This document shows positions 1-8,753 of a stretch of DNA of 54,351 nucleotides, one piece after another. The DNA comes from a virus, in the IMG/VR virus record IMGVR_UViG_3300045988_082110, positions 1 to 54,351 of that record; one strand, 5' to 3'. The notes beneath the pieces were generated by a model. That model was not told the origin of the DNA. It did not search any database and saw only the letters and a program-made list of their open reading frames with translations. Every line of letters starts with the position of its first letter. Within the stretch, counting starts at the first letter, position 1. The position numbers and the translations under genes are program-made.

Positions 1-77
1 ACATCAGATTTGAGTGTATCAACATCAGATTTGAGTGTATCAACATCAGATTTGAGTGTATCAACATCAGATTTGAG
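1..77. repeat. Terminal 77-bp identity with the window end; 21-bp tandem unit ACATCAGATTTGAGTGTATCA x3 plus 14 nt
   Basis: Positions 1-77 read identically to 54275-54351. The repeat is in frame inside a minus-strand ORF (LKSDVDT heptads). Confidence 0.95.
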
Positions 78-1556
78 AGAGGTTTCACTTATATAACTAC
101 AGTCAATCTTGATATTACCAGAAGTCCCATTTGTTGTAGGATATATCCATATCTGATTAAACTTGAAATCCAAATTACATTCAACAGAGTATGTCTTTTT
201 CTCTGTTCCTGACACGCTGCCTAGCTCTGCTATCTTTTTAGTGTTCTGTCCATTCAGTGCAAAATAAAGCTTTACATTTTCTTGATTAACAATTCCATCT
301 GGTGTAATCTCAAATGTTAATTTTTTACCATTGAAATTTGCAATAGGCGAAAATTGCAAGATTGTAGCTTGATTTGCTACACTTGGAACTGCTGCTTTTT
401 CAGAAGATAAAAATGATATTTTTTGCTCATTAACAACAGAACTCTTTAAGTTTGATACATCTTTTGAAACTTTAGCAATATAGCCACTCACCGCCTTCTG
501 AGACATAACAAGTTCCTCGGATTCTCCAGACTCTTGGACAACGCTGTTTTTGTCGAACTTCTTGGCAAGTTCTTTAGTATTCTTTGTTACTTTGGGGTCT
601 GTACGATATACTTCAAACTTTCCTTTTGCATTACCAATAGATTTGCACCAATATCCATTACCTGAATATTGCTCAGTTCTATCTATAATAAGTGATTCTC
701 CTGCTTTTATTTCCTTAGATTGAATTTCTGATTCAGAATCATCTGTGCCAAATGTGCCAACAGAAAACCAAGAATCTAAAGAAGACTTGTTAGTACAAAT
801 GAGTTTAATGACATCATTAGGATAGAAAAAGTTAGTTTCCTTAACTTCTACTTTCGTTGTAAAATCATCTTTTACAAAATGTTGTGTTACTCCTAACTCT
901 GATTCTTTGTCTATTGTACTTAATAAGTCGCTGAGTTTATCTTCTACAGAAAACCAGTTTGCTGGGGCTGCTGACCATGTATTTGCCTTTAAAGTATAGC
1001 GACAGATGGTATTACCTGATTTGTAGGTGATAGTTAAACCTACCTTCTGGAATGTGGTAGGAACAGAGTTGATGGCATCTTTGAGAGTAGTATGGGTTAC
1101 GGTTCCACCTTTTGAGCAGTCGTAGGTTAGGATGCCTAGCTTGCCTACTTCGGCTGAGAGGAAGTCGGTCTCTCCACCAGTTATAGCATCATTGACTAAG
1201 GTCTTGTTGCTCGCATCGGCTACACCGCTGTTTCCCTGCATACCAACTTCACCTTTGTCACCCTTATCACCTTTGTCACCCTTATCACCTTTGCTACCTT
1301 TGCTACCATTGTAGAACTTAACTTGCTCGGACGTACCATCATGACGGGTTAGAGTGATAACATTCTCGCCACCATCCTCTGCACTTTGCTCGGTTTGTTT
1401 TAAGGAATTAAAGGAATTGTCGGTGCGAGTCTTCATTTCTTTATTGATGTCTGACTGCATCTTTCTTCTGTCCTTATCGAAGATGTTGTCGGAATTAGCC
1501 AACTTACCATCTTTTCGACCTGAAACGAGTGTTTCGTTGTATCTTTGTTCTGACAT
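1..1556 (-). CDS. Tail fibre, N-terminal part (ORF runs off the window start and continues at the window end)
   Basis: My hand translation from ATG 1556 down to position 1 has no stop. The ORF is missing from the ORF track because it reaches the edge. It reads MSEQRYNETLVSGRKDGKL..., has a G-X-Y run, the fibre-typical motif ESEELVMSQKAVSGY, and ends in LKSDVDT heptads. Confidence 0.75.
   Translation of the reverse strand, partial: MSEQRYNETLVSGRKDGKLANSDNIFDKDRRKMQSDINKEMKTRTDNSFNSLKQTEQSAEDGGENVITLTRHDGTSEQVKFYNGSKGSKGDKGDKGDKGDKGEVGMQGNSGVADASNKTLVNDAITGGETDFLSAEVGKLGILTYDCSKGGTVTHTTLKDAINSVPTTFQKVGLTITYKSGNTICRYTLKANTWSAAPANWFSVEDKLSDLLSTIDKESELGVTQHFVKDDFTTKVEVKETNFFYPNDVIKLICTNKSSLDSWFSVGTFGTDDSESEIQSKEIKAGESLIIDRTEQYSGNGYWCKSIGNAKGKFEVYRTDPKVTKNTKELAKKFDKNSVVQESGESEELVMSQKAVSGYIAKVSKDVSNLKSSVVNEQKISFLSSEKAAVPSVANQATILQFSPIANFNGKKLTFEITPDGIVNQENVKLYFALNGQNTKKIAELGSVSGTEKKTYSVECNLDFKFNQIWIYPTTNGTSGNIKIDCSYISETSLKSDVDTLKSDVDTLKSDVDTLKSD
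1224..1307 (-). repeat. Collagen-like G-X-Y run (GSK GSK GDK GDK GDK GDK GEV GMQ GNS G) inside the tail fibre
   Basis: Read directly from the minus-strand translation. The plus-strand ORF 1132..1314 (SPLSPLSPL) is its antisense shadow. Confidence 0.85.
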
Positions 1557-1573
1557 ATTTATATTATTTTATG

Positions 1574-2290
1574 TTATATAATCGTTATTGTGGAATCGCC
1601 TGAAATCAATTCATCGGAATGATAATAGTATAGTTCTCCTATCTTACTCTGCTGCATTTCCAATGGCAAACCACCTTGAAGGAATGTGAGAGGAACAGAT
1701 GATACTACCCAGATGATGTCTTCATTTTCGGTTGTACTGATGGTTATTGTCTGTCCAGAGAGAACACCTGAGAATTGTTGTAAGTATTCGACATTAACCT
1801 TGTTAGGGTCTGTTGTAGATAAAGCACCATAGTAAGAGAAAATGACATCTTCTTTTGTGTTCAGTTCTATCCAGTACTTCGCATTGTACATACCTCCCAT
1901 TTCACCCTCTACGATACCGAGAGGAATATGTGACTTTCCATTGCGCTCCACGATACGGAAAAGGCGGTGCTCAATGCTACAGATGTCGTTTCCGTTGTAC
2001 TTGCCACGAATGGTAATGCCATATAGTCCTTCCTCTAGAAATGGTGGGAACTTGACACATATATCACTTGGTTCTACTTCACTATTATTTGTTCCGCTCT
2101 GAACAAAAGGCATTTTTGCTACACACTCTCCAAAGGCATCAGTAAGGTGTACTTCTAGATTACTGATGGCAGCTACGTCAATATCTTCCAACATCTGCTT
2201 ATTCTTGCTGATGTAGGCTTTCTGTAGCTTGATGAAAAGGTCGAAGCTGTTGCCTTTAACAATCTTATAAATATCCATATACGTATACAT
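1574..2290 (-). CDS. Hypothetical virion/tail-associated protein (238 aa)
   Basis: ORF track. It lies immediately upstream of the tail fibre gene and downstream of a late-type promoter. No motif recognised. Confidence 0.55.
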   Translation of the reverse strand: MYTYMDIYKIVKGNSFDLFIKLQKAYISKNKQMLEDIDVAAISNLEVHLTDAFGECVAKMPFVQSGTNNSEVEPSDICVKFPPFLEEGLYGITIRGKYNGNDICSIEHRLFRIVERNGKSHIPLGIVEGEMGGMYNAKYWIELNTKEDVIFSYYGALSTTDPNKVNVEYLQQFSGVLSGQTITISTTENEDIIWVVSSVPLTFLQGGLPLEMQQSKIGELYYYHSDELISGDSTITII

Positions 2291-2303
2291 TATTAATAAT
2301 AGA

Positions 2304-2344
2304 CAAAGATAGGCAGAATTTTCTCTACCTATCTTTTATCCATT
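2304..2344 (-). promoter_or_regulatory. Late-type promoter: AATGGATAA-N24-TATCTTTG
   Basis: Minus strand reads AATGGATAA, then 24 nt, then TATCTTTG, ending 13 nt before ATG 2290. The spacing is the same as at five other sites. Confidence 0.6.
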
Positions 2345-2363
2345 TATTTATGGAAGAAAAAAA

Positions 2364-2669
2364 TTAGATTAAGCCTTTCCATCGTAGGAATTTGCGCTTA
2401 CGGCTGCGCTTTCCTTTCTTGCTTTTGCAGTTGGTATGGTATACGCAATCCTTAAAGAGGTCTCTGACCTTCATGTCGCTGTCTACCAGTTTGGTTTTCT
2501 TGAATGCCTCGAAAAGTGAGCGGTTCATAATCATGAGGTTGCCCTTCTGCGTAGGAAGGACGTAGAAGATTTCACCATTGTTCTTCTTGGATGCGTAGTC
2601 TGCCTTAGCCGTAGCTTGGCGGTACATGATTTCGCACTTGATGCGCTTGAAAATCTTTGTTACTTTCAT
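2364..2669 (-). CDS. Small basic hypothetical protein (101 aa)
   Basis: ORF track. It lies directly downstream of TerL on the same strand. The C-terminus is Lys/Arg-rich. Confidence 0.5.
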   Translation of the reverse strand: MKVTKIFKRIKCEIMYRQATAKADYASKKNNGEIFYVLPTQKGNLMIMNRSLFEAFKKTKLVDSDMKVRDLFKDCVYHTNCKSKKGKRSRKRKFLRWKGLI

Positions 2670-2693
2670 AATCGTAATTATTAATGTTTGAAA

Positions 2694-4838
2694 CTATATG
2701 ATGGTTGCTGCCGAAACAGAAACCTTTCTTCTCATTACTCTTGCCTGAATGGAAATCATCTTTGGCATTTCCATTTCGTTGAAACAGATGTGGAGTCCGA
2801 TGGCTCTGGTCATGAGCAAATCATCGTGCTTTCCGTCTGCTGCCTCGTATATGGTTCCGTTCTTCTCGTAGGTTAGATATTCATCTAAGCATCTATCGTC
2901 TCGCTCTACATAGAGTTGTTCACGGATAACCTGAACCAATACTGAGATAACCATTGGCTTGGTTGCCACGTTGGTATGGAATCCGTACTTCACTGGAACC
3001 TTATTCTTGATGTCTGATTCGCTCTGTTTGCGTGCATAGAGATTGTCGTATACATCTTTAATTTGATTCAGGATGAACTCAGACTGGTCACCACCTTCCA
3101 AGATGTGCTCCTTGTCTTTCGTCTCCAAGGTATTGGATTCAATCACCAACAAAGCATCGTTGTAGTATTTGGCTATCTGAGCCGCCTTCCATGCCAGTAA
3201 GTCCATATCAATATGCCCATACCATTGGGCTACCACATACGGCTTGCCACCTTCCATCATCCAATAGCGGTCGAAGACACAGATAACAGACCAGTCGGCA
3301 TTCTTGCTACGTCCACCAATATCCACTACGACCAGATAGCGGTTTATCACCTTGCAATCATCAAAGGTCTCGGGCTTGCTCCATATCCACAACTGACCCT
3401 GCTTGTCTTCACAGAACCGAACATTCTGCATACACTTCTTGCCCTTGTAACCATCACCATAAACATCACCGATGAACTTAGGTGCTCGGCATCCCTTGCG
3501 GAACTTGTCAACCTTGTCTTCGGCAAACACCTTGGCTCCTGAATGCTTGAATGCTTCAATATCATCGGTAGGGTAGCCAGCAGCCATATCGGCATGGTCG
3601 GTGAACTTCCTGCGCTCGGCAATATACCAGTTAATGGCTTCGAGTGGAGCACCCAGTGTCCATAACTTCCAAAGATAGGTACATGGCTCCTCTCGGTCGG
3701 ACATCGTGTTGGTATTGTTGCGGTTCTCGTATAACCATTTAGCGAACTCTACCTTCTGTTTCTTGCTTTCAAATTCCAGATGATACATATCGTATATCTC
3801 GTACCAAGGCACAAAGAATGGTTCAAACTGAGATTCGCCCTTGACTGCTGCAAGCCACTCCTTGTGGAAGAAGTTGCCAGTACCATTGGCGGTTGATTCA
3901 TAGGCAATCATCGTGTATGGTCGATACAAGATACCATTGGTAGCATTCTGTACCACCTCCTCAGGAGATTTACCATCCGTCTTTTTCCACAAACCAACCT
4001 CGGAAAGGTGAACCAAGTTGTAGTCTTCACCATTGGCTGACAACGGTCGTTCCATGGAACCCACCTTAATCTTGCAGAATCGCTGAGGAACCTTCTTTAC
4101 ATTACCTGATGCTCCCACTCCAACAAACTTCGGTTCGTTCTCAGAGAACGCTTCTCCCATTTCGTAGAGGAACTTGGTAGGGAAGTTTTTCAGAGCTTCC
4201 TCGAACATACCTCGAATGGTCTCTGCTGTGTCCTTGACCTGAGCCACGATGAGCGAGTTGAGTCCCTTCTGCCACATGAGTTGCAGCCAGAGAAAGTACA
4301 TCTGAATGACCGTAGAACCTCCCCATTGTCGGGCTTTCAGCAGGATGAGACGGATAGGGCGATTTTTCTTTCTTCGCTCCTCCAGCCACCTGAGCAGTCT
4401 GCGCTGCGGTCTTCTGAGCACAAAACGGAAGGGGAGACCTCCACCTTTCGGTTTGATATAGATGAATGTGGCAAAGAAGAAGAAAGGGTCGTGTTTCATC
4501 CTGATGCGAGTGAACTGCTCTACCAGTTGTTCTATTTCCTCTTCTAGGTTGTATGGCTCGTCTATATCCTTGTGCAGTTCCTCGATTACTGCCTTGCAAC
4601 TACCAAACTCGATGAGCATCTTGACGAGCGGAATCTTCTTCATGGAAACTGGAAGCTGCTGTCTCTGAATTGGGAAATCAGGAAGGAAGAGCAGGAATCG
4701 CTTATCTCCACAACCTTCACCCTTGATAGGATTGAATGGTGTGTTGATTTCCTTGATTCGTTTCTCGTTCTCTTTCAGGATGCCAAGCACATGTTTATCT
4801 ACAGCATCAGTCAGTTTGGCGGTTACTTGTCTTGGCAT
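2694..4838 (-). CDS. terL: Terminase large subunit
   Basis: Walker A-like KARQWGGST. The C-terminal nuclease region has acidic motifs (VVVDIGGRS, KHDDLLMTRAIGLH). I moved the start to MPRQVTAK (ATG 4838) because the upstream 72 nt overlap the rhomboid ORF. Confidence 0.88.
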   Translation of the reverse strand: MPRQVTAKLTDAVDKHVLGILKENEKRIKEINTPFNPIKGEGCGDKRFLLFLPDFPIQRQQLPVSMKKIPLVKMLIEFGSCKAVIEELHKDIDEPYNLEEEIEQLVEQFTRIRMKHDPFFFFATFIYIKPKGGGLPFRFVLRRPQRRLLRWLEERRKKNRPIRLILLKARQWGGSTVIQMYFLWLQLMWQKGLNSLIVAQVKDTAETIRGMFEEALKNFPTKFLYEMGEAFSENEPKFVGVGASGNVKKVPQRFCKIKVGSMERPLSANGEDYNLVHLSEVGLWKKTDGKSPEEVVQNATNGILYRPYTMIAYESTANGTGNFFHKEWLAAVKGESQFEPFFVPWYEIYDMYHLEFESKKQKVEFAKWLYENRNNTNTMSDREEPCTYLWKLWTLGAPLEAINWYIAERRKFTDHADMAAGYPTDDIEAFKHSGAKVFAEDKVDKFRKGCRAPKFIGDVYGDGYKGKKCMQNVRFCEDKQGQLWIWSKPETFDDCKVINRYLVVVDIGGRSKNADWSVICVFDRYWMMEGGKPYVVAQWYGHIDMDLLAWKAAQIAKYYNDALLVIESNTLETKDKEHILEGGDQSEFILNQIKDVYDNLYARKQSESDIKNKVPVKYGFHTNVATKPMVISVLVQVIREQLYVERDDRCLDEYLTYEKNGTIYEAADGKHDDLLMTRAIGLHICFNEMEMPKMISIQARVMRRKVSVSAATII

Positions 4839-5302
4839 AGCGGTGCATTTAGATAACCCCACAACAGACCAAGTACATAGCAATAGATGTGGACTCCAAC
4901 TGCCATGCAAGGGAAGAAGATTCCAACACAGATATATAGGAGAATGGTGAGATTGTATCTTACCTTATTCTCCACGTATGGGGCGATAAAGCCCATGTAA
5001 GCATAGATAAAGCCGCTAAGACCGATGATTGGAACGGATGAGGTGAAGGGATAGCTGATGGCTATGAGATAGAATGCCACCAAGTGACCGATGCCACAAG
5101 GGATGGCTCGGTAGCATTGATGGAAAACATAAAGGTTGATGGCAGCATGAAAGATATTCTGATGAAAGAAAGGGTAACTTAGTCGGTTCTGAATAGAACA
5201 ATCGTCAAAAAGACCCATGCCATCATATCCAAGAAAAGTGATACACATTATTATAATGTACCCAGCATAAAGCGCAATCTTCTCTTTCGTCTCTCGTAGC
5301 AT
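4823..5302 (-). CDS. Rhomboid-family intramembrane serine protease (159 aa, minimal 6-TM core)
   Basis: Six hydrophobic helices. The TM2 motif is FHAAINL (H52..N56). The TM4 motif GLSGFIYAYMG (S96) resembles GlpG GLSGVVYALMG. The TM6 motif is VHIYCYVLG (H138). Confidence 0.75.
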   Translation of the reverse strand: MLRETKEKIALYAGYIIIMCITFLGYDGMGLFDDCSIQNRLSYPFFHQNIFHAAINLYVFHQCYRAIPCGIGHLVAFYLIAISYPFTSSVPIIGLSGFIYAYMGFIAPYVENKVRYNLTILLYICVGIFFPCMAVGVHIYCYVLGLLWGYLNAPLCQDK

Positions 5303-5706
5303 CTTTGCTTCTCCTCCTTTCTCACCCTGCTAAGAATTACGTGTATGCTTTGAGGAGTCAAATAGAAACTGGGTGCTTTTTCAGCACATACACGTTTGAT
5401 AATATCCATATTACTGAGATATGGCTCATTACTCTTATGAATCTGGAATCGTCTGAAAATCTCCTGATACATTTCCTTTCGGGTAGGTATCATGTTATCA
5501 AGAGGTTTTCCTTTCAGTAAGTCCAATATGACTATATAAGCACGGTCTTCTGAAACCCAAAATCTTCTGCTCGGAGATTGGGCTAGCTTTTCCTCAATCT
5601 CTGAGAGTCTGATATTGTCTCTTACATTAATAATTTCTTTGTAAGCCCTCAATAAATCAGCATCACGTTCCTCTATAAAATAGCATCGTGAATCCTTATA
5701 TTTCAT
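5251..5706 (-). CDS. Hypothetical DNA-binding/packaging-associated protein (possible small terminase)
   Basis: ORF track. It is the first gene of the operon that contains TerL and has a basic C-terminus. The function is inferred from position only. Confidence 0.45.
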   Translation of the reverse strand: MKYKDSRCYFIEERDADLLRAYKEIINVRDNIRLSEIEEKLAQSPSRRFWVSEDRAYIVILDLLKGKPLDNMIPTRKEMYQEIFRRFQIHKSNEPYLSNMDIIKRVCAEKAPSFYLTPQSIHVILSRVRKEEKQRCYERRKRRLRFMLGTL

Positions 5707-5717
5707 ATCTGACCCTG

Positions 5718-5725
5718 CAAATATA
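5718..5725 (-). promoter_or_regulatory. -7 box TATATTTG for the packaging operon
   Basis: Minus strand reads TATATTTG, 11 nt upstream of ATG 5706. Confidence 0.5.
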
Positions 5726-5766
5726 CAAAAAAGTATTGAATAAGTCGCATCCGATTAGACTAAATT

Positions 5767-5807
5767 AACGGATAAAAGATGAAAATCGGAAAAAAGCATT
5801 AATTTTG
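5767..5807 (+). promoter_or_regulatory. Late-type promoter: AACGGATAA-N24-TAATTTTG
   Basis: The 9-mer is at 5767-5775, followed by exactly 24 nt and a -7 box at 5800-5807. The ATG at 5839 follows. Confidence 0.65.
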
Positions 5808-5838
5808 GGCATTGATTTATAAATATACACATATATAT

Positions 5839-6654
5839 ATGGACGATAATACAAATATTGAGCAGAATGCTGGTGCTGCAAAACAGCAAGATACCAAGAC
5901 CAAGAGAGACTTGGCTTTGGAGCGTTTGAAGACCCGCCATCCTGATACGGAGTATGCGGATGATGAAGCTATGTATGGAGCCATCAATGATGATTATGAT
6001 GCCGACCAGAAGGCTTTGCAGGGTTATAAGGATAATGAGAAGGCGATGGGTGACTGGTTGGGCAGTGACCCTGAGGCAGCTACCTTCCTACAAGCAATGA
6101 AGGCAGGTAGGAGTCCTTACGCTGAGTTGATTCGTACACATGGCGAGGATGCCATTGACTACTACTCTGACCCTGACAATGCGGATGAGATTGCATCGGC
6201 TCAGTCGGAGTTCTTGCAGAATGCTGCCAACGGCAAGAAATTGCAGGAGGAGTATGACAAGAACATGCCTTCCAGCTATGAGGTGTTCGACAAGTTGGAG
6301 GAGAAGTATGGCGAGGAAGCTGTGAACGATGCCATCGACCAGTGTTTTCAGACAATGCGCAATGTGGTGACTGGCAAGTTTACTGAGGAAATGATTACTG
6401 CTTTCATCAAGGCAAAGAACCATGATACTGATGTGGCTGATGCTGCCCATGAGGGTGAAGTTCGTGGCAAGAACAGCAAGCACGTCAAGAACCTTGAACT
6501 GAGAAAGAAGGGCGATGGTACTGCTGACCTTGATTCAGCCAATGCAGAGACCAAGCAGACGGATAACCAGCCTGACCTTGGTGCTGTGGGCAGGGTATCA
6601 CGAAGGGGTAACGTCTGGGAGCGTGGCAACGAGAAGAGAACACACATTCGATAA
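5839..6654 (+). CDS. Scaffold-like protein (acidic, helical, about 271 aa)
   Basis: The track ORF 5812..6654 starts at TTG; the first ATG is 5839 (MDDNTNIEQ). It lies just upstream of the capsid gene. It is Asp/Glu/Ala-rich and has the C-terminal motif NVWERGNEKRT. Confidence 0.6.
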   Translation: MDDNTNIEQNAGAAKQQDTKTKRDLALERLKTRHPDTEYADDEAMYGAINDDYDADQKALQGYKDNEKAMGDWLGSDPEAATFLQAMKAGRSPYAELIRTHGEDAIDYYSDPDNADEIASAQSEFLQNAANGKKLQEEYDKNMPSSYEVFDKLEEKYGEEAVNDAIDQCFQTMRNVVTGKFTEEMITAFIKAKNHDTDVADAAHEGEVRGKNSKHVKNLELRKKGDGTADLDSANAETKQTDNQPDLGAVGRVSRRGNVWERGNEKRTHIR

Positions 6655-6707
6655 TTCGACAAGGTGAAAAGATAATATATAATGTTTAATTAATATTCAG
6701 AATAACA

Positions 6708-8249
6708 ATGAAGAAAAGTACATTTAATCGGCTGTTTTCCATCTTTATTATGGTAATGGCAGTTATTTTTGGAGTGAATGGTCAGGTTATCATGGCTGAG
6801 GCGGCAAATCTGCCTGATGGCGGTAGTACCGAGAGTGGTTCTGCTGATGAGGCTGGTGGTGCTCCTGTTGCTGGTAAGGCTGGCAATGGCGGTGCTGCTC
6901 GACAGAGTGAAGGTATCAAGAGCGAGACTCAGGGACGTGAGCATTTTAACGAGAATGGCACGGAGTATTACCTGAACGACATTGATGAGAAGATTACCAA
7001 GATTCGCCCGATGGCTACTCCAGTTGACCAGATTTCACGCTATGCGACAACCAAGTCTGCCAACTCGTTTGTAGTTGAGTATTGGAGTATCGGTACACGC
7101 CCTATCAAGACAACCGTGAAGGAAAAAACGGAGGAGAGTACTGGTACATCTATGGTATTGAAGGTAGAAGACCCTACCATGTTTACGCTGGATGATACCA
7201 TCCGAGTGGTAGGTGTGAATGCGATTACCAACTATAAGGGTGTTGAATATTCTAACATTAATGATGCTCCTACTCCTGATTTGGAACTCTGCGTTTGCGG
7301 TAAAGACACAGAAGGTTATCCGATTGTGTATGCTGTAAATGGTAAGTTGGTCAATAAGCAGGCTATCGGTATTCCAGCCTTGCAGAAGGGTCAGAAGCTC
7401 ATCCGTATGGCTAAGAGTTGTGGTGAAATGGACGTTCAGACGGGTCGTTTCAACAACCTTCCTTCTAATGAGGTTCAGTATTGTCAGAACTTCATGATTC
7501 AGGTCGAGCAGACCACTTTCGACAAGATAGCTGCTAAGCGAGTGGATTGGGATTTCTCTGACATCGAGGAGGATAGCATCTATGATATGCGTCTTGCTAT
7601 GGAAGGTACTTATCTCTTCGGTGATATGGCTTGCATCAAGCACGAAATCAAGGATGGTTCTGCCCAGTGGTTTACCAAGGGTATCTGGTGGATGGCTGGT
7701 AAGGATATTGAGGTAGGTCATGTTGCTACTGCTGATGATATTAAGAAGGGCTACAACAAGAATGAGCGAGTGATTACCGACTTGGAGTTGGTTGACATTT
7801 CCAAAGATTTGTTTGTTGGTACTGGTATCGGCAACAAGCGCAAGGTAATTATCGCTGGTTCTGACTTCGTGAGCGCATTCAGTAAGATTGATTCCGACAA
7901 GTTCCGTTTGAAGGACACCGTTGATATTTGGAAGTTGAAGTTCAAGAGTTGGGAGACTGACTTCGGTGAGGTGCTGATGATTCACTCTGAGTTGTTTGAC
8001 CTCTTCGGTATGAGTGACTGTGGCTTTGCCCTTGACCCTGAGTTCTTGGTTAAGCGAGTACACTTGTCTTGGACACGAAACGTTCTCGATTTGAAGGCGG
8101 CTGGCATCCGTAACACCGATGCAGTAGTTATTCAGGAGGTAGCTTGTCTGTACTTGAAGTACCCTAAGGCACATGCTCGTATGCGCCTTGCTGCGGTTCC
8201 TGCTACAGATGGCACTTCTGGTACAGAGGGAACCAAGGCTAATGCCTAA
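6708..8249 (+). CDS. Major capsid protein (HK97-fold type), with an unusual N-terminal hydrophobic plus Gly/Ala-rich extension
   Basis: It sits between the scaffold-like and portal genes. IDEKITKIRPMATPVDQISRY and the C-terminal AVVIQEVACLYLKYPKAHARMRL are typical of capsid proteins. It is followed by a strong terminator. An alternative start is ATG 6792 (MAEAANLP). Confidence 0.75.
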   Translation: MKKSTFNRLFSIFIMVMAVIFGVNGQVIMAEAANLPDGGSTESGSADEAGGAPVAGKAGNGGAARQSEGIKSETQGREHFNENGTEYYLNDIDEKITKIRPMATPVDQISRYATTKSANSFVVEYWSIGTRPIKTTVKEKTEESTGTSMVLKVEDPTMFTLDDTIRVVGVNAITNYKGVEYSNINDAPTPDLELCVCGKDTEGYPIVYAVNGKLVNKQAIGIPALQKGQKLIRMAKSCGEMDVQTGRFNNLPSNEVQYCQNFMIQVEQTTFDKIAAKRVDWDFSDIEEDSIYDMRLAMEGTYLFGDMACIKHEIKDGSAQWFTKGIWWMAGKDIEVGHVATADDIKKGYNKNERVITDLELVDISKDLFVGTGIGNKRKVIIAGSDFVSAFSKIDSDKFRLKDTVDIWKLKFKSWETDFGEVLMIHSELFDLFGMSDCGFALDPEFLVKRVHLSWTRNVLDLKAAGIRNTDAVVIQEVACLYLKYPKAHARMRLAAVPATDGTSGTEGTKANA

Positions 8250-8285
8250 CAGCAAGCAGAATTGCAAATTATTCATTAAATAGTG

Positions 8286-8318
8286 AGGGGTGTGGGCACT
8301 AGCCCCATCCCTTTTTTA
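8286..8318 (+). terminator. Intrinsic terminator after the capsid gene
   Basis: GC-rich hairpin GGGGTGTGGGC-acta-GCCCCATCCC followed by TTTTTT. Confidence 0.7.
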
Positions 8319-8345
8319 GTAACACATATATAATAAGGTATAATC

Positions 8346-8753
8346 ATGTTTAATAAATATCAAGCTGGTACTGATTTGGCATTCAGCGTTATGGTAGGTA
8401 GCGAGCGGATGCGCATTAACTTTGAGGGTAAGAGCACGGGCAGTAGTGTCTATATGACAAGAGACCCAAAGGTACAGAAGGCTATCGAGTCTCATTATTG
8501 GTTCAACGACAAGTTCTTCTTGGTGGAGAGTATTGACGAGAAGAAGGAAACTGCGGAAGCCAAGAAGAAGGCTGCTGCCAAGGCAAAGAAGAAGGTGGCT
8601 GACGAGAAGAAGACTCATGTCGTGACAGACGTTGAGGATGCCAAGGACTATCTGGCTGAGACCTTCGGTGTGAGCCGTTCCAAGATGAAGACCAAGGAAG
8701 ACATCTTGGCGATTGCTAAAGAAAAGGGTGTTGAACTAGAAGGTTTAGAGTAA
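8346..8753 (+). CDS. Hypothetical head-associated protein with Lys/Ala-rich linker and HeH/SAP-like C-terminus
   Basis: ORF track. Contains KKKAAAKAKKK and a C-terminal DAKDYLAETFGVSRSKMKTKEDILAIAKEKGVEL. Confidence 0.55.
   Translation: MFNKYQAGTDLAFSVMVGSERMRINFEGKSTGSSVYMTRDPKVQKAIESHYWFNDKFFLVESIDEKKETAEAKKKAAAKAKKKVADEKKTHVVTDVEDAKDYLAETFGVSRSKMKTKEDILAIAKEKGVELEGLE

Noticed and set aside
1-77. 21-bp tandem repeat as a CRISPR-like array or a true direct terminal repeat
   Set aside because: The units are contiguous with no spacers, and they lie in frame inside a fibre gene (LKSDVDT heptads). The 77-bp end identity fits an assembler overlap better than a packaging DTR.
1132-1314. Plus-strand ORF encoding SPLSPLSPLSPL repeats
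   Set aside because: It is the reverse-complement reading of the collagen-like G-X-Y repeat of the minus-strand fibre gene.
4839-4910. N-terminal 24-aa extension of TerL given by the ORF track (MHGSWSPHLLLCTW...)
   Set aside because: It overlaps the 3' end of the rhomboid ORF, and the sequence does not look terminase-like. ATG 4838 (MPRQVTAK) gives the usual short overlap.
7035-8276. 413-aa minus-strand ORF covering the capsid gene
   Set aside because: It is antisense to a gene with clear capsid motifs. Its sequence is Leu/Ser/Thr/His-rich with no motifs. This is a typical shadow ORF.
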